Notes under the pieces: generated by a model | What the model was told of the DNA's origin: nothing | Databases searched by the model: none | What the model saw: the letters and a program-made list of their open reading frames with translations, nothing else | Position numbers and translations under genes: made by a program | Shown: positions 39,514 to 51,320 of the stretch, in pieces | Position numbering within the stretch: the first letter of the stretch is position 1 | Layout of the letters: every line of letters starts with the position of its first letter | NCBI RefSeq assembly: GCF_006345805.1 | Contig: NC_043021.1 | Span: 15,376,001-15,440,000, forward strand | Length of the DNA stretch: 64,000 bases | DNA from: Octopus sinensis | Taxonomy: Eukaryota | Reading direction: 5' to 3'

Positions 39514-39713
39514 AATAAGCAACAAGGATATCCAGAAGTAATGCAGTACAATCGTTTCAAGAAACTCCATTTAATTGAACAATGAAATTATTACATCAAT
39601 TTAAATGCAGAGCAATCCTCAGCTGCATAAAGACATAGATTGCATTGTACAATTAAATGGGGTTGCATGAAACGATCATACTGCATTACCTCTGGATATC
39701 CTTGTTGCTTATT
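39514..39713. mobile_element. MITE with 71-bp terminal inverted repeats
   Basis: 39514-39584 vs reverse complement of 39643-39713: 7 mismatches in 71. Confidence 0.85.
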
Positions 39714-39809
39714 TGATTTTAATCACCTTATTTTAAAATTGTATGGATAATACGGTACTAAATTCTGGTACCTCAACTTAAGTACCATATTCATCTGAAA
39801 CTAAATTTT

Positions 39810-39852
<43 letters not shown>

Positions 39853-41499
39853 TATATATATATATATATATATAAAGACACATGGCTTAGTGGTTTGGGT
39901 GTTCCATCTTGATTGCAAGATTTTGGTTTCATTTTGCATTATGTTCTTGAGCAAGACACTCACATGTAAATGGGTAACCTGGTGATGACTAGTGTCCCAT
40001 TTAAAGGGAATGTTGGCCTACCCACCCACCCAACCATCAGGGTTGCATTGTTTGAAAGTGGCAACGATGTAAGGAAGTGCATTGTGATCAGCAGTGTAAA
40101 ACAGCATCTGATAATCTGCTTGATCGAGTGATATACATCATCATCATAATCGCTGTCAGCTCCATTTAACATCTGTTTTCTATGATGGTATGGTTTGGGA
40201 TGCTTCTACAGGTGCCAGCAAGCTGCAGGACTGTGCCAAGTTCCACTGTCCACTTTGGCATGGCCTCCATAGTTGGCGGCTCTCCTTAATGCCAACCACT
40301 TTACAGAGTGTACTGGATGTTTTTTTTTTATGTGGCACCAACACTAATGAAGGTACCAAGCAGCCCTCCAGGAAGACCCCACTCAACTGGAGCAACAGTG
40401 ACATTCATTCACAATTATCACATGCTGTCAAGGCAAGGGAAACTCATATACATATAGACATACATACATACATGTCTCTCTCTCTCTTTCATATATATAT
40501 ATATATACACACACACTCTCACACAAGGGGCTTCTTTTAGTTTCTACCTACCAAATCTACTCCCAGGGCTTTTGTTGGCTAGGGGCTATAGAAGACACTT
40601 AGCCAAGGGTTACTGTAGAAGACACTTGGTTCATCCCCCCAGTAGTTGAGGGGGGGGACCCAAAATCATGGTCGGGAAGTAAACTTCTTAACCACACAGT
40701 TGTACCTGTGGATGTGTGTGTGTGTGTATACATACATAGAGAGGCACACACTCACACATAGAAGGCTTCTTTTGTATTCTAGAGAAAAAGCAACAAAGTA
40801 AAACAGAAGGTTAATTCAAAAAAGAAAAAAAATACCATCCAAAAGTAAAAGTATTGTGTGCAATTTTCATAAATCTACATATTCCCCCAGACATTTTCTA
40901 AGCATTCTTCATGAATTTAGGGACGAAATAAGAATGTTTTTGACAGCAATTAAATTTTCCCAAATGCTGCTTGTTAACATAATGCTTTTACAGTAGAATA
41001 CTGTAAATTTTCCTTCATTAACTCAGAAAAGATTTTTCTAAAAATATTTTCAGCAATATCAATGTATAACACTTTGACACCATACTGACATTAATTAAAA
41101 AAATAAAATGGAAAAAAAAAAAACAGGAAAAAAAGGACATAAACACTAAAAGCAACATCAGTTTCTGCTAATTGGTATGCTGCTACTGGGCTGTGTGATA
41201 GTAGCATTATTACTGCTGTCTTAGTGTCTCTTTGGTAAAGACACTTTAGCAATTGCTTGTTCTCTTTACATCGTCATCATTGCTGCTATCATTGTTGAAA
41301 TCATCATCATCGTTGTCATAGTCGTTTTCTTATCTGGTTTTTCTATTTTGGTGTGGGTTGGACAGAACATACGAAGACAGTGTTCTCTGGCTGGATGCCT
41401 TCCCTGTCACCAACCCTTGATTTTTCAAAGAAGGTATTTCGTTCCATTGGTGTGGGTGTGTTTGTGTAGTCGTTGCAGACTTGGCTGTGTGATTAAGAA

Positions 41500-41910
41500 G
41501 CTGGCTTTCCCAGTCGCATAGTCTCCGGTTCAGTTTCACCATGTGGTACTTTGGGAAAGTGTCTTATACAATATCCATGAGCCAGCCAATGCTTTGTGAG
41601 TGAATTTGGTAGATGGAACTGAAAGAAATACAGTGTGTGTGTTATGTATGCGTGTGTGTATGAGAGTGTGTGAGTGTGTGACTTCTTGATTTGACATCAC
41701 ACGAGAATTGTAAATGAATGTCACTGTCATACAAGCAGTGTCATTCATTGCCAGTTTTCTATGAAAAACATATCCATCCACAGGGAAATATTATCTTATT
41801 TGGAAACAGTTGATGGGTTGGTGACAGGAAGGGCATCCACCTATTATAGAAAATCTGCCTCAGTAAACTCTATCCAACCCAAGCAAGCATGGAAAAGTGG
41901 ACGTGGAAGC
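41500..41910 (+). mobile_element. Chimeric SINE: family A head + different body + family C tail
   Basis: A-type head (…GTGGTACTTTGGGAAAGTGTC…TTGGTAGATGGAACTGAAAG), (TG)n, then GACAGGAAGGGCATCC…ATCCAACCC…GCATGGAAAAGTGGACGT; body also seen at ~21375-21575. Confidence 0.6.
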
Positions 41911-43257
41911 AGTGACAATCGTGGTTATGTATTTTATTCATGCTATCACATCCTGATTCTGCCAAAGAATTACGTTAATGGTGTACATGTCTGTGGAATG
42001 CTCAACCACTTACAGAATAATTCAGTTGATTACACAAATGAATTCTTATCACTAAACAACAAAGAACTGTGTTTGTCTTGACGTTTTTCCTTTTACCCCC
42101 ACCCCTATTTTGTTCTGCAGTATTCACTCCCAGTAGTCAGAGCATATCTTAAGGAGAGCTTTCCTTTCATTCAGTGGAAAAAAAGCAGAATTGTTTGGCC
42201 TTAGAGTTCCTTGGGTCAAGACTAAGATCCAGTCTTTCGTTGGCTTCCCGGATGGGGTGGGGTGGGGGGAGAGATTGGTACACTGCTTGGAGAAATGCTC
42301 TAGGTGACCTGAGCGAATGCTGACAAATGGTGGATGCAGTGATGTACTGCAGCAGTGCATGCCCTCATCCCTGACCTGTGATATTCAGAATTGTTCTTCT
42401 GTCAGTACAGTACCCATTATTAGCATAACTTTTCCTGTGTTTGGTATATCAGTTGAATTTTAACCCGACTTGAATTGACTCCTGTCAACTCTTCATTCAA
42501 AACATCAGCTGACATGGTACTTTTAAATAACAATTACATTTATTTTATCTATTTTTTTGAAAGGCTTTCTCTTTCTTTTTAAACAACATCTTCAGGAAAT
42601 ATGTGTGTATGTATGTATGTGTGTGTATGTATGTATGAGAGAGAGAGAGTATATTATGCACTTATTTGTACATGTATGCACTTCTTGTGTTGCTATTGTT
42701 ACCGTGAGAATCAATACCGTGGATTTGTGAAGATCAGTAAATCAGACACATTGTGGTATTTTAGTAATTAGTTGGTGTAAAGTAGCAAGCTGGCAGAGAT
42801 CTTTAGCACGATGGACAAAATGTAAATGGCATTTCTTCTCCACGTTTTGAATTCAAATTTCCCCGAGGTCAGCCTTACCTGTCATCCTTTCAGGGTTAGT
42901 GAAATAAAGCACCACTCAAATACTAGGGTCTGTGTAATCAGTTTATTCTCTCTCCTCAAAATTCCTAGCCTTTTGCCAAAACTAGAGGTGGTGCTCCAGC
43001 ATGGCCACAGTCAAATGATTGAAACAAGTAAAAGAATTGGATTGGTAGACTCATTACAGCACAAAGTTTGTGACAATATTTCTTTCGGTAGTTTACATTC
43101 TGTGTTCAATTCCCACTGAGGTTGAATGTGCCTTTTACTCTTTTGGGGTCGATAAAGTACCAGTCAAGTAGTGGGGTTGATGTAATCAACTTCTCCCCTC
43201 CCTTTAGAATTCAGTAGCTTCGTACCTAAATTAGAAAAAGTTAATTAGCTGTGTGAA

Positions 43258-43565
43258 GGTATAAGGCTTAGTGGTTAGAGCATTGGGCTCACAATTATGA
43301 GGTAGTGAGTTCGATTCCCAGACTGGGGCGTGTGTTTGTTCTTGAGCAAGACACTATTTCACATTGCTCCAGTTCACTCAGCTGTAGAAATGAGTTGTGA
43401 CATTATTGGTGGCAAGCTGTGCCAGCCTTTAACTTTCCCTTGGATAACATCAGTGGCATGGAAAGGGGCCACTGGTATCCTTAACCTTGCCCAGACTTGT
43501 GCCTTAGAGGGTAACTGTCTTGGTGCAATCCCATGGTCATTCTTGACCGAAGGGGGTCTTTAGCC
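43258..43565 (+). mobile_element. SINE family D head/core with E-type tail
   Basis: Tail CCTTGCCCAGACTTGTGCCTTAGAGGG…GCAATCCCATGGTCATTCTTGACCGAAGGGGGTCTT also at ~29390-29515 (+) and ~62190-62300 (-). Confidence 0.75.
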
Positions 43566-44379
43566 TTTTACTCAATTAGCTGTATATGAGTTCAAGTCTT
43601 GCCCCTGTCAGCCCTTTTATGTCTTCTTCAACACCAGATATTACTTGGGTTTGATTACATTAACAGCACCATTGCTCCCTCTTTGAGAAACAGCCAACAA
43701 GGGAGCTTCTACATAGGAGTTCCTTTCTACTGGAAGCAATAGAAAATTTCTCTCATATTACATCAAACAAGGAAAAGACATTAGCTAATGTAGACCTGTC
43801 AAAGCTCTGCCTGGGCCCATAAATGGTTGTTTTTTCTTCTGTTTTTTTATTATATTTATTTATTGTGAATCTAGTCTAGTTTGATGTAAGAAACCATTGT
43901 TATGTTCTGTGGTGTTTGCTGGATACAGACATTTTGCTAATGATGACACATAATTAATTACTCAGCTGGTTATAACTTTTCTTTTTTTCGCTTTTTGTTT
44001 TGTTATGATAAAAGATGGAAGCTGGCTTTTATATAGCATTGGTTTCCGACTCAGTTGCATATAACATAAAAACAAAACAAAACAAAACGAAAAACCCCGA
44101 CATCTTTAGACTAAATGTCATCATGACCTTAATCCATAATCCGTAGAGTGCTTTGAGAAGTTGGTTTCATTCTTGAGGTCAGATATTCATGATATGTTAG
44201 TTGAGGGCGAGGTGGTGGAGCATCCTTGAAACGGAAGACAATCTGCCAAAGTCTTTAAATATGTAAAGTGGTGGATTGGTAAAAACCATTCCAGTGAATA
44301 TGTTTTGTAATCTCAATGGTTGGTAATCTCAGATCCCCTTTTCTTTCTTTTTTCCTTTCCTTTTTCATTTTTTGTTTTA

Positions 44380-44756
44380 TCTTTTACTTGTTTCAGTCAT
44401 TTGACTGTGGCCATGCTGGGGCACCATCTTGAAGAGTTTTAGCTGTGCAAATCAACCGTAGGACCGATTATTTTTTGAAGCGTAGTACTTATTTTATCGG
44501 TCACTTACACTGGTGGTCAAGTGGTGGTGGGGAACTGACACAAACACACACACATGTACACACGCACACGCACACACACACCACACACACACACATATAC
44601 ACGACAGGCTTCGTTCGGTTTGCATCTACCAAATCCATTCACAAGGCTTTGGTCAGCTCAAGGCTACAATAGAAAACACTTGCCCAAGGTGCCACACAGT
44701 GGGACTGAACCTAAAGCCATATGGTTGAGAAGCAAGCTTCTTACCACACAGCCATA
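44380..44756 (-). mobile_element. SINE family A
   Basis: Consensus match, moderately diverged. Confidence 0.85.
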
Positions 44757-45241
44757 CCTTTGCCTATATTGTATTTTATACTTTTGGAGGTGTAAATTTA
44801 GTAATCCTTTGACATTTTATACTTAGGGTAAAGGTCTGGATAACCACTTCTCTCTCCCCTTACCTCGTTTATAAATCTGCCTATGAGGGTTCATCTTTGT
44901 ACTGCTCAGACTGCTAGTAATAGTAGCTAAATTTCCTTCAAATCACAACTTACCATTTCAATTAAAACAGTCAAGATGTAATTGGATAATGCAAGTTCTA
45001 AATACAACGTGTCATAGAAAAAAAGATAGAGATGACCAAAGCTGAACGATAATTGATTGTAGGTCACAGTTCTGCTTGCCCTCAGTTGGTTGGCCCAGGA
45101 TATAACAGCACTCAAAATCTCAGGTCTCATATACATGTTAACAACTCAATCTTGAAATTGTTTTTTATACTCATTCTTACTAAAATACACACACACACAA
45201 ACACATTCTCTCTCTCTCTCTCCCTCTCCCTATCTCTCTCC

Positions 45242-45289
<48 letters not shown>

Positions 45290-45302
45290 ATAAATGAAGT
45301 AT

Positions 45303-45710
45303 GGCGTAGGAGTGGCTGTGGGGTAAGTAGCTTGCTCACCAACCACATGTTTCTGGGTTCAGTCCCACTGCGTGACGCCTCGGGCAAGTGTCTTCTACTA
45401 TAGCCTCAGCTCGGCCAAAGCCTTGTGAGTGGATTTGATAGACGGAAAATGTAAGAAGCCCATCGTATATATGTATATATATATGTACATGTGTGTATAT
45501 GTTTGTGTGTCAGTATTTGTCCCCCCCCCCAACATCGCTTGACAACCGATGGTGGAGTGTTTATGTCCCCGTAACTTAGCGGTTCGGCAAAAGAGACTGA
45601 TAGAATAAGTACTAGGGTTACAAAGAATAAGTCCCAGGGTCGATTTGCTCGACTAAAGGCGGTGCTCCAGCATGGCCACAGTCAAATGACTGAAACAAGT
45701 AAAAGAGTAA
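45303..45710 (+). mobile_element. SINE family A, full length
   Basis: Consensus match. Confidence 0.92.
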
Positions 45711-46344
45711 GGGGTATGGAATTGTTGGTATTACAGGATTGCGGCCTGAGGCACCTACCTAAATTCCAGGATCACCTTTTACCTGATGTATATTTATAAA
45801 AGTTCATAAACGATATGCTTTGTACTGATCTGCTGGTTTCCCATGATATATAAGTATATTGAATTCTAACAACTGGTTATTAGTGTTGCTATGGCTAAAC
45901 TGACTTGCACATGTATATATGTAATTTTCAATCAGATCTCCTGTGAATTAACTTAGGATCCCTTGACAACAGTGTAACCATCATTTACCATAATTTAACT
46001 AAGGTATCTTCAGCCTGATGAGTAGCTAGTGGAGCATCCCTCATTCAATAATTACTACTTCGGAGGATCTGCTAGCTAGGAATCATATATTACCTGGATT
46101 TTACCTGCTCCATTCCCTAAATTTGGATTTTTACTTGCATGCATAGCATAAACTATAAAATAATTTTTACAGTTTATTGAACTTTGTTTGATATGGGAAA
46201 AATTTACAACCTTCTATGTCAATAAACCACTGTTGTTCCTGAAAGTTGTTTTTTGTTCCTTCTACGGACTGCTCAAAGCTTAATAACTTCCTACACCTTG
46301 ATCCCTGGATCTTTCCTTTATGTATAATTTTATATATATATATA

Positions 46345-46736
46345 GGCGCAGGAGTGGCTGTGTGGTAAGTAGCTTGCTTACCAACCACATGGTTTCGGGT
46401 TCAGTCCCACTGCGTGGCATCTTGGGCAACTGTCTTCTGCTATAGCCCGGCCAATGCCTTGTGAGTGGATTTGGTAGACGGAAACTGAAAGAAGCCTGTC
46501 GTATATATGTATATATATGTATATGTTTGTGTGTCTGTGTTTGTCCCCCTAGCATTGTTTGACAACCGATGCTGGTGTGTTTACGTCCCTGTCACTTAGC
46601 AGTTCGGCAAAAGAGACCGATAGAATAAGTACTGGGCTTACAAAGAATAAGTCCCGGGGTCGATTTGCTCGACTAAAGGCGGTGCTCCAGCATGGCCGCA
46701 GTCAAATGACTGAAACAAGTAAAAGAGTAAAAAGAG

Positions 46737-46739
<3 letters not shown>
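46345..46739 (+). mobile_element. SINE family A, young full length
   Basis: Consensus match with CpGs retained. Confidence 0.92.
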
Positions 46740-46783
<44 letters not shown>

Positions 46784-47012
46784 ATATACATATATCATTG
46801 CTATTATGCAAACATTGCTTTTTCAGATAATGAATAAATAGTTTCACCATTCTGTAGCAAAACCATTGTATTACATTTTGACAATTTTTGATATTTTGGC
46901 ATCTGAAGCAGCTGGAAATACGATAGTTTCACCAAAAGAACTGGCTATTGCAAGCAAAAATAAATATTGAAAAAAAATGCATTTGGCTAAATTTGGACAT
47001 ACGACAGTTTAA

Positions 47013-47233
47013 CCCTTTCGTTACCAACCCGGCTGAAACCGCCTCTGGCTTTGTAGTACAAATATCTTGTTTTCATAAGTTCTGAATTAAAATCTTCCAC
47101 CAAACCTTAGTCACAATTTATGTTCCTAACACTAGCTGAATGATAACTAAGTTAGTTTACTAAATTCTGTGTTATATTTAAAGGAATTGAAAGAAACACA
47201 GAGCATCTCAACAGAAATACAGTAACGAAAGGG
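47013..47233. mobile_element. piggyBac-type MITE, 221 bp (same family as 37991-38211)
   Basis: TTAA|CCCTTTCGTTAC ... GTAACGAAAGGG|TTAA. Confidence 0.92.
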
Positions 47234-47328
47234 TTAACATAATAGCAATGATATATATATATATATAGGTTTGGTGATACAAGTAGGAAGAATAGTTTAA
47301 GTACTAATGTTTTATTCTGTTGCTTCTG

Positions 47329-47364
<36 letters not shown>

Positions 47365-48593
47365 CTTTATTGTCCTCATTTTCCATCTGTCATCCATGCT
47401 GGAAGGGTCCAAGTCCTTTTTGAAGTTACTGCTCTCCTCGATGGTCTAGGGACCATGTCTCACTTACAAATTCCATTTTTGTCATGGTTTGTATGAATGG
47501 ATATCCTTCCTTGCACCACACCCACTTTACAGACTGTACTGGGTGCTTTTCATTGTGGAACCAACACCATAGAGACCCTCTTATTCCCAAAAGGAGCCAC
47601 TCTATCCTATATTGTCTCCTTTCTTTCACCAAGTACATAACTGGGACCTACACTCTAAATATTTATCACATTTGCTGCTGTCACATGTGGCATTTGTTAT
47701 TGTTGGTGTTCATGTGGTGCCAAAACAATGGTTCTTTGGTACAAATGCCTAAAGAATATAACAGTAACATTTGAAATAGTTTTATTTATTTTATTTCTTC
47801 TTTTGGTTTGTTTATTACTGTATTTCATTCACTTCTATTTCATATTCTTTGAAATTGAAGACATCAATGCCGATAATAATCACTTATTGGACTCAGTTAA
47901 TTATATGATTACAAATGATTAATTAATTTTAGGCCAAGAATTTTTTCCGTTTTGTAATTTTATGTATTTTAATATGAAATACTTTTTGCAAAGTTATATT
48001 TAAAAAAATAATAATGAATAAATAAATAAATAAATGAAATTCTATAATATTGTAAAAGTAATTTAAAATTTTTTAAACTGGGGAAATATATGAAGAGACG
48101 AAAGATGAAAAAGTATGGAAGAAATATTATTTTTTTGTCTTTTTAAAGTGTTTATTTTAATTTTTATATTGGATCAATCAGTAAAAGATATAAATGGAAT
48201 ACATTAGTGAGTTCAAGTTCTGATTCGGATGAGATCATCTTTTATCCCTCTGGAATCAATCAATAGTAATGATTGGGGTCAATTCTATTGATTGTCCCCT
48301 TTGTCCTTCATTAATGGCCATGTGTTGAGTCTAAAGAAAGCATCGTTATCTTTATCATCCCCTTCGTTAAAATTCTAATAGATATCTATTATCTCTGATT
48401 TTTAATGCAAACATATTATGTTGAATTTCTGAGGATTAATCTAGGATTGGACCTGAGTATATGTTTATATTTAACCTATTTTTGACCTTGGACAAGAGTA
48501 CAAAGCTTGTTTGGTTTGGTAATTTTTTTGAAATAAACGTGAGTTCAGAGGGATTCAATAGCAAATTTTTATTAGTGAATAACAACTATTTAA

Positions 48594-48814
48594 CCCTTTA
48601 TCATTTAAACCGGCCATGTCCGGCCAAAAGTATTCTGTCTGTTTTATGTTCAAACTGGCCAGATCTGGTCTCTCACACCAGCCCCACAATATCGTCTTAA
48701 AAATTAACAGCTACCTCATCAAAATCTCATAGCTACAAGATAATGCATGATTAGTTCAAGGCAATGTGGATGAAAAAGCATTAATTTTGGTAGAATAATG
48801 CGAACACTAAAGGG
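48594..48814. mobile_element. piggyBac-type MITE, second family, 221 bp
   Basis: TTAA|CCCTTTA ... TAAAGGG|TTAA; internal sequence unlike the 47013 family. Confidence 0.8.
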
Positions 48815-48818
48815 TTAA

Positions 48819-49689
48819 ATTCTTTTGACACCACGTTTCTACTGGAACATTGCTTTTGTTTCAAGTTATCTTGAAAATAAGAAAGAATTTTGTAAAATAG
48901 TTTTGTCGCTATCAAACTGGTGTTTGGAACCTAAATCAACATGAGTGTTAGTGTAGACCAGTTGGAGACATGAAGTTTGTATCATACAACCAGGGGCAGT
49001 TTCAGGGGTTGGTATCAAAATGGTTAAGAGGCAGCTTTTGATAGTTGTCAGGTACATTCTTCTTTGACCCCTTTGTTACTATATTTCTATTGATGGAAAA
49101 TTTTAATTTCTATCACTTCAAAACTGGGACGTTGAACAAGTTGCAATCTCAGGCAGGTTGGTATCAAAAGGGCTAACCCCTTCGTTACCATATTTCTGTT
49201 GAAATTTACTACTACTGTTTCAATTAATTTTATGGAAGAATTTAGTAAAATAACCTTGTCATTATCAAACTAGTGTTTGGAACATAAATTTATAATCTAG
49301 ATCAGTGGTTCTCAACCACAACCCTGAGTCCATATCCTTGGGGGTCCATATCCCTCAACCAGGGTCCATATGACCCTCGGGGGGGGGGGCATATCAGATT
49401 TTGTTGTCAAAATTTATATGTAATAAATTGCTTATATTTTTACAATAAACAAAATATTTTAACATTCTTTTTTTTTTTTTTACAATTCCAAATGATATTT
49501 AATTATAAAAATATAACAGGATTTTTTAAACATTAAAAGGGTGTAAGGGTCCACCCAAGCAAAACAAGAATCAAAGGGTTTTGCAGGTAAAAAACAATCG
49601 TTGAGAACCACTCATCTAGACAATTATAAAATGGGAAGGTTTGTATCATAGAACCAGAGGTGGTCTTAGACAGGTTGATATAAAAATGG
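48819..49689. mobile_element. Chain of three older piggyBac-type MITE relics (~48819-49023, 49068-49172, 49177-49689); relatives at ~16010-16370 and ~50369-50611
   Basis: Similar to the reverse complement of the 47013 family; junctions at TTAA/CTAA tetranucleotides. Confidence 0.65.
49303..49613. mobile_element. hAT (Charlie-like) MITE nested in a piggyBac MITE
   Basis: TIRs CAGTGGTTCTCAAC / GTTGAGAACCACTC; TSD ATCTAGAT (49295-49302) / ATCTAGAC (49614-49621), nTCTAGAn target. Confidence 0.88.
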
Positions 49690-50220
49690 CTAAGTTGATG
49701 AGGGCAGTAAACAGGCAGGTATGTTGGAGGGTGGCATGAAATACTTTGTGGTACTTATCTATGACTGGGTCTCTTTTATATTCTGAGATCAAATTCCACT
49801 AGGATCAACTTTACCTGTCTTTATTCCAGGGTCAATAACATAAACTGCCAGTCAGATCTGAGCCGATGTAATCAATATATCTTTCTACCAGTCAGAAAAC
49901 AATGCTTAAGCTGATGATTGGAATTCAGCTATTTTGCTCTTTTACTAGTTTCACTCCTTGGATTGCTGTTATGCTGGGGCACCACCTTGAAGGGATTTAG
50001 TTAATCAAATTGACCTAAATATTTATTTTGAATTTGTTCTGTTCGTGCCTTGTTGTCAAACTTGTAAACAAACCAACAAGAAACATGTTTACGCATGTAC
50101 ACATACATTTACACACACACACACACACACAATACTTGGTATTATCTCCTTGTGTTGTTTAGACATGGAAAAATATTATATGCTTTTAATTATTTCAACG
50201 AAATTTAAACTGGAATTTTT

Positions 50221-50321
50221 GTCTTATGTCATTTTGTTTTATTTTTCAGGTAAGCAACATTGATTTTTTTTTGTAATAATTTTTCCGTCTGTCTTTGAAA
50301 ATGGAAGACTAAAACGTAAGT
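50221..50321 (+). promoter_or_regulatory. Candidate recursive splice site (polypyrimidine tract-CAG|GTAAGC) with downstream GTAAGT donor
   Basis: GTCTTATGTCATTTTGTTTTATTTTTCAG|GTAAGC at 50249/50250; AAAC|GTAAGT at 50315/50316; no repeat recognised here. Confidence 0.35.
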
Positions 50322-50960
50322 GAAAGCATGTCTCTACTCACTGTCACCGTCCTGTGTGATTTTCTGCGAACCCTTTTGTTACCTTTTTCTGTTAACATAT
50401 ACTCCCTTTGATTCAATTAATGTGTAAAATAATGAAGAAATTAGTAAAATAATAAAGACATTAGTAAAATAATATTCTAGTTAATAATTTGTGGTCTGGA
50501 ACATATTAGTATAAAATTTTGATCGAAGATTATAATTTAGACCACTTTGAAAACAGTAAGTTTATGTCAAAGAACCTGGGGTGGTTTCAGGTGAGTTGGT
50601 ATTAAAAAGGTTAAAGACCTGGTATAATGCAGGTTCTTATTTGGTTTCGTTGTTACTTGGTAGAATCTGTAGTAGGGATCAATGGGAGACTGTTTCAACT
50701 AGGGTGATCACAGTATCAACCAGACTATTGGATGTTGTATTATCACTGTTCACAATGCACTTTGCATCATTTTAGCTTTCAAATGATGCCACCCTACTGG
50801 CTCGGTGAGCAGGCCAACATACCTCCAGATTGGAAAGCTAGTCCATTGCAGGGTGAACTGGAGCAACGTGAAATGAAGTGTTTTGCACAAGAACACAAGA
50901 CATTGCTGGTCCGAGAACTGAAACCGTGATCTCATGATCATGAGTGCTACACCTCTAACC

Positions 50961-51320
50961 ACTTGTCTTGTCCTGAGACAGCATTCACCCGGGGTGGGTT
51001 GAGATGGCTTCATTCATCCTCAATGCTGCATCTCTCACAAATGCCGACCAGACCTGGTGATTTGAGGCTAACGACTGCGGGATCTCCAACCACTCCTTAT
51101 TCCAGCAGCGAATGTCGTAGATATGGGGGCCTAGGTTGGGTTCCAGATCAGCCTTGACCGTCATCAGCCAGGTTTTTCGTTGTCCACTACATCGCTTTCG
51201 CCGACCCTGAAGGAGAGCTGGGGCAATTGCTTTGTAGATGAATTCTCCTGGTTGACGACGGAGGGCATGACCCAGCCAACGCAGATGTCCTTCAAATATT
51301 CCTCGGTGTTAGGAGGGACA
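50961..51320 (-). mobile_element. RTE-like LINE 3' end, ORF2 C-terminus still in frame
   Basis: HLRWLGHALRRQPGEFIYKAIAPALLQGRRKRCSGQRKTWLMTVKADLEPNLGPHIYDIRCWNKEWLEIPQSLASNHQVWSAFVRDAALRMNEAISTHPG*; homologous to 23209-23497. Confidence 0.85.

Noticed and set aside
42121-42204. Strong acceptor followed by YSLPVVRAYLKESFPFIQWKKSRIVWP*
   Set aside because: Unrecognised peptide with an early stop, no donor and no evident polyadenylation context.
46005-46075. CTGATGA motif as a further hammerhead
   Set aside because: No stem II followed by GAAA.
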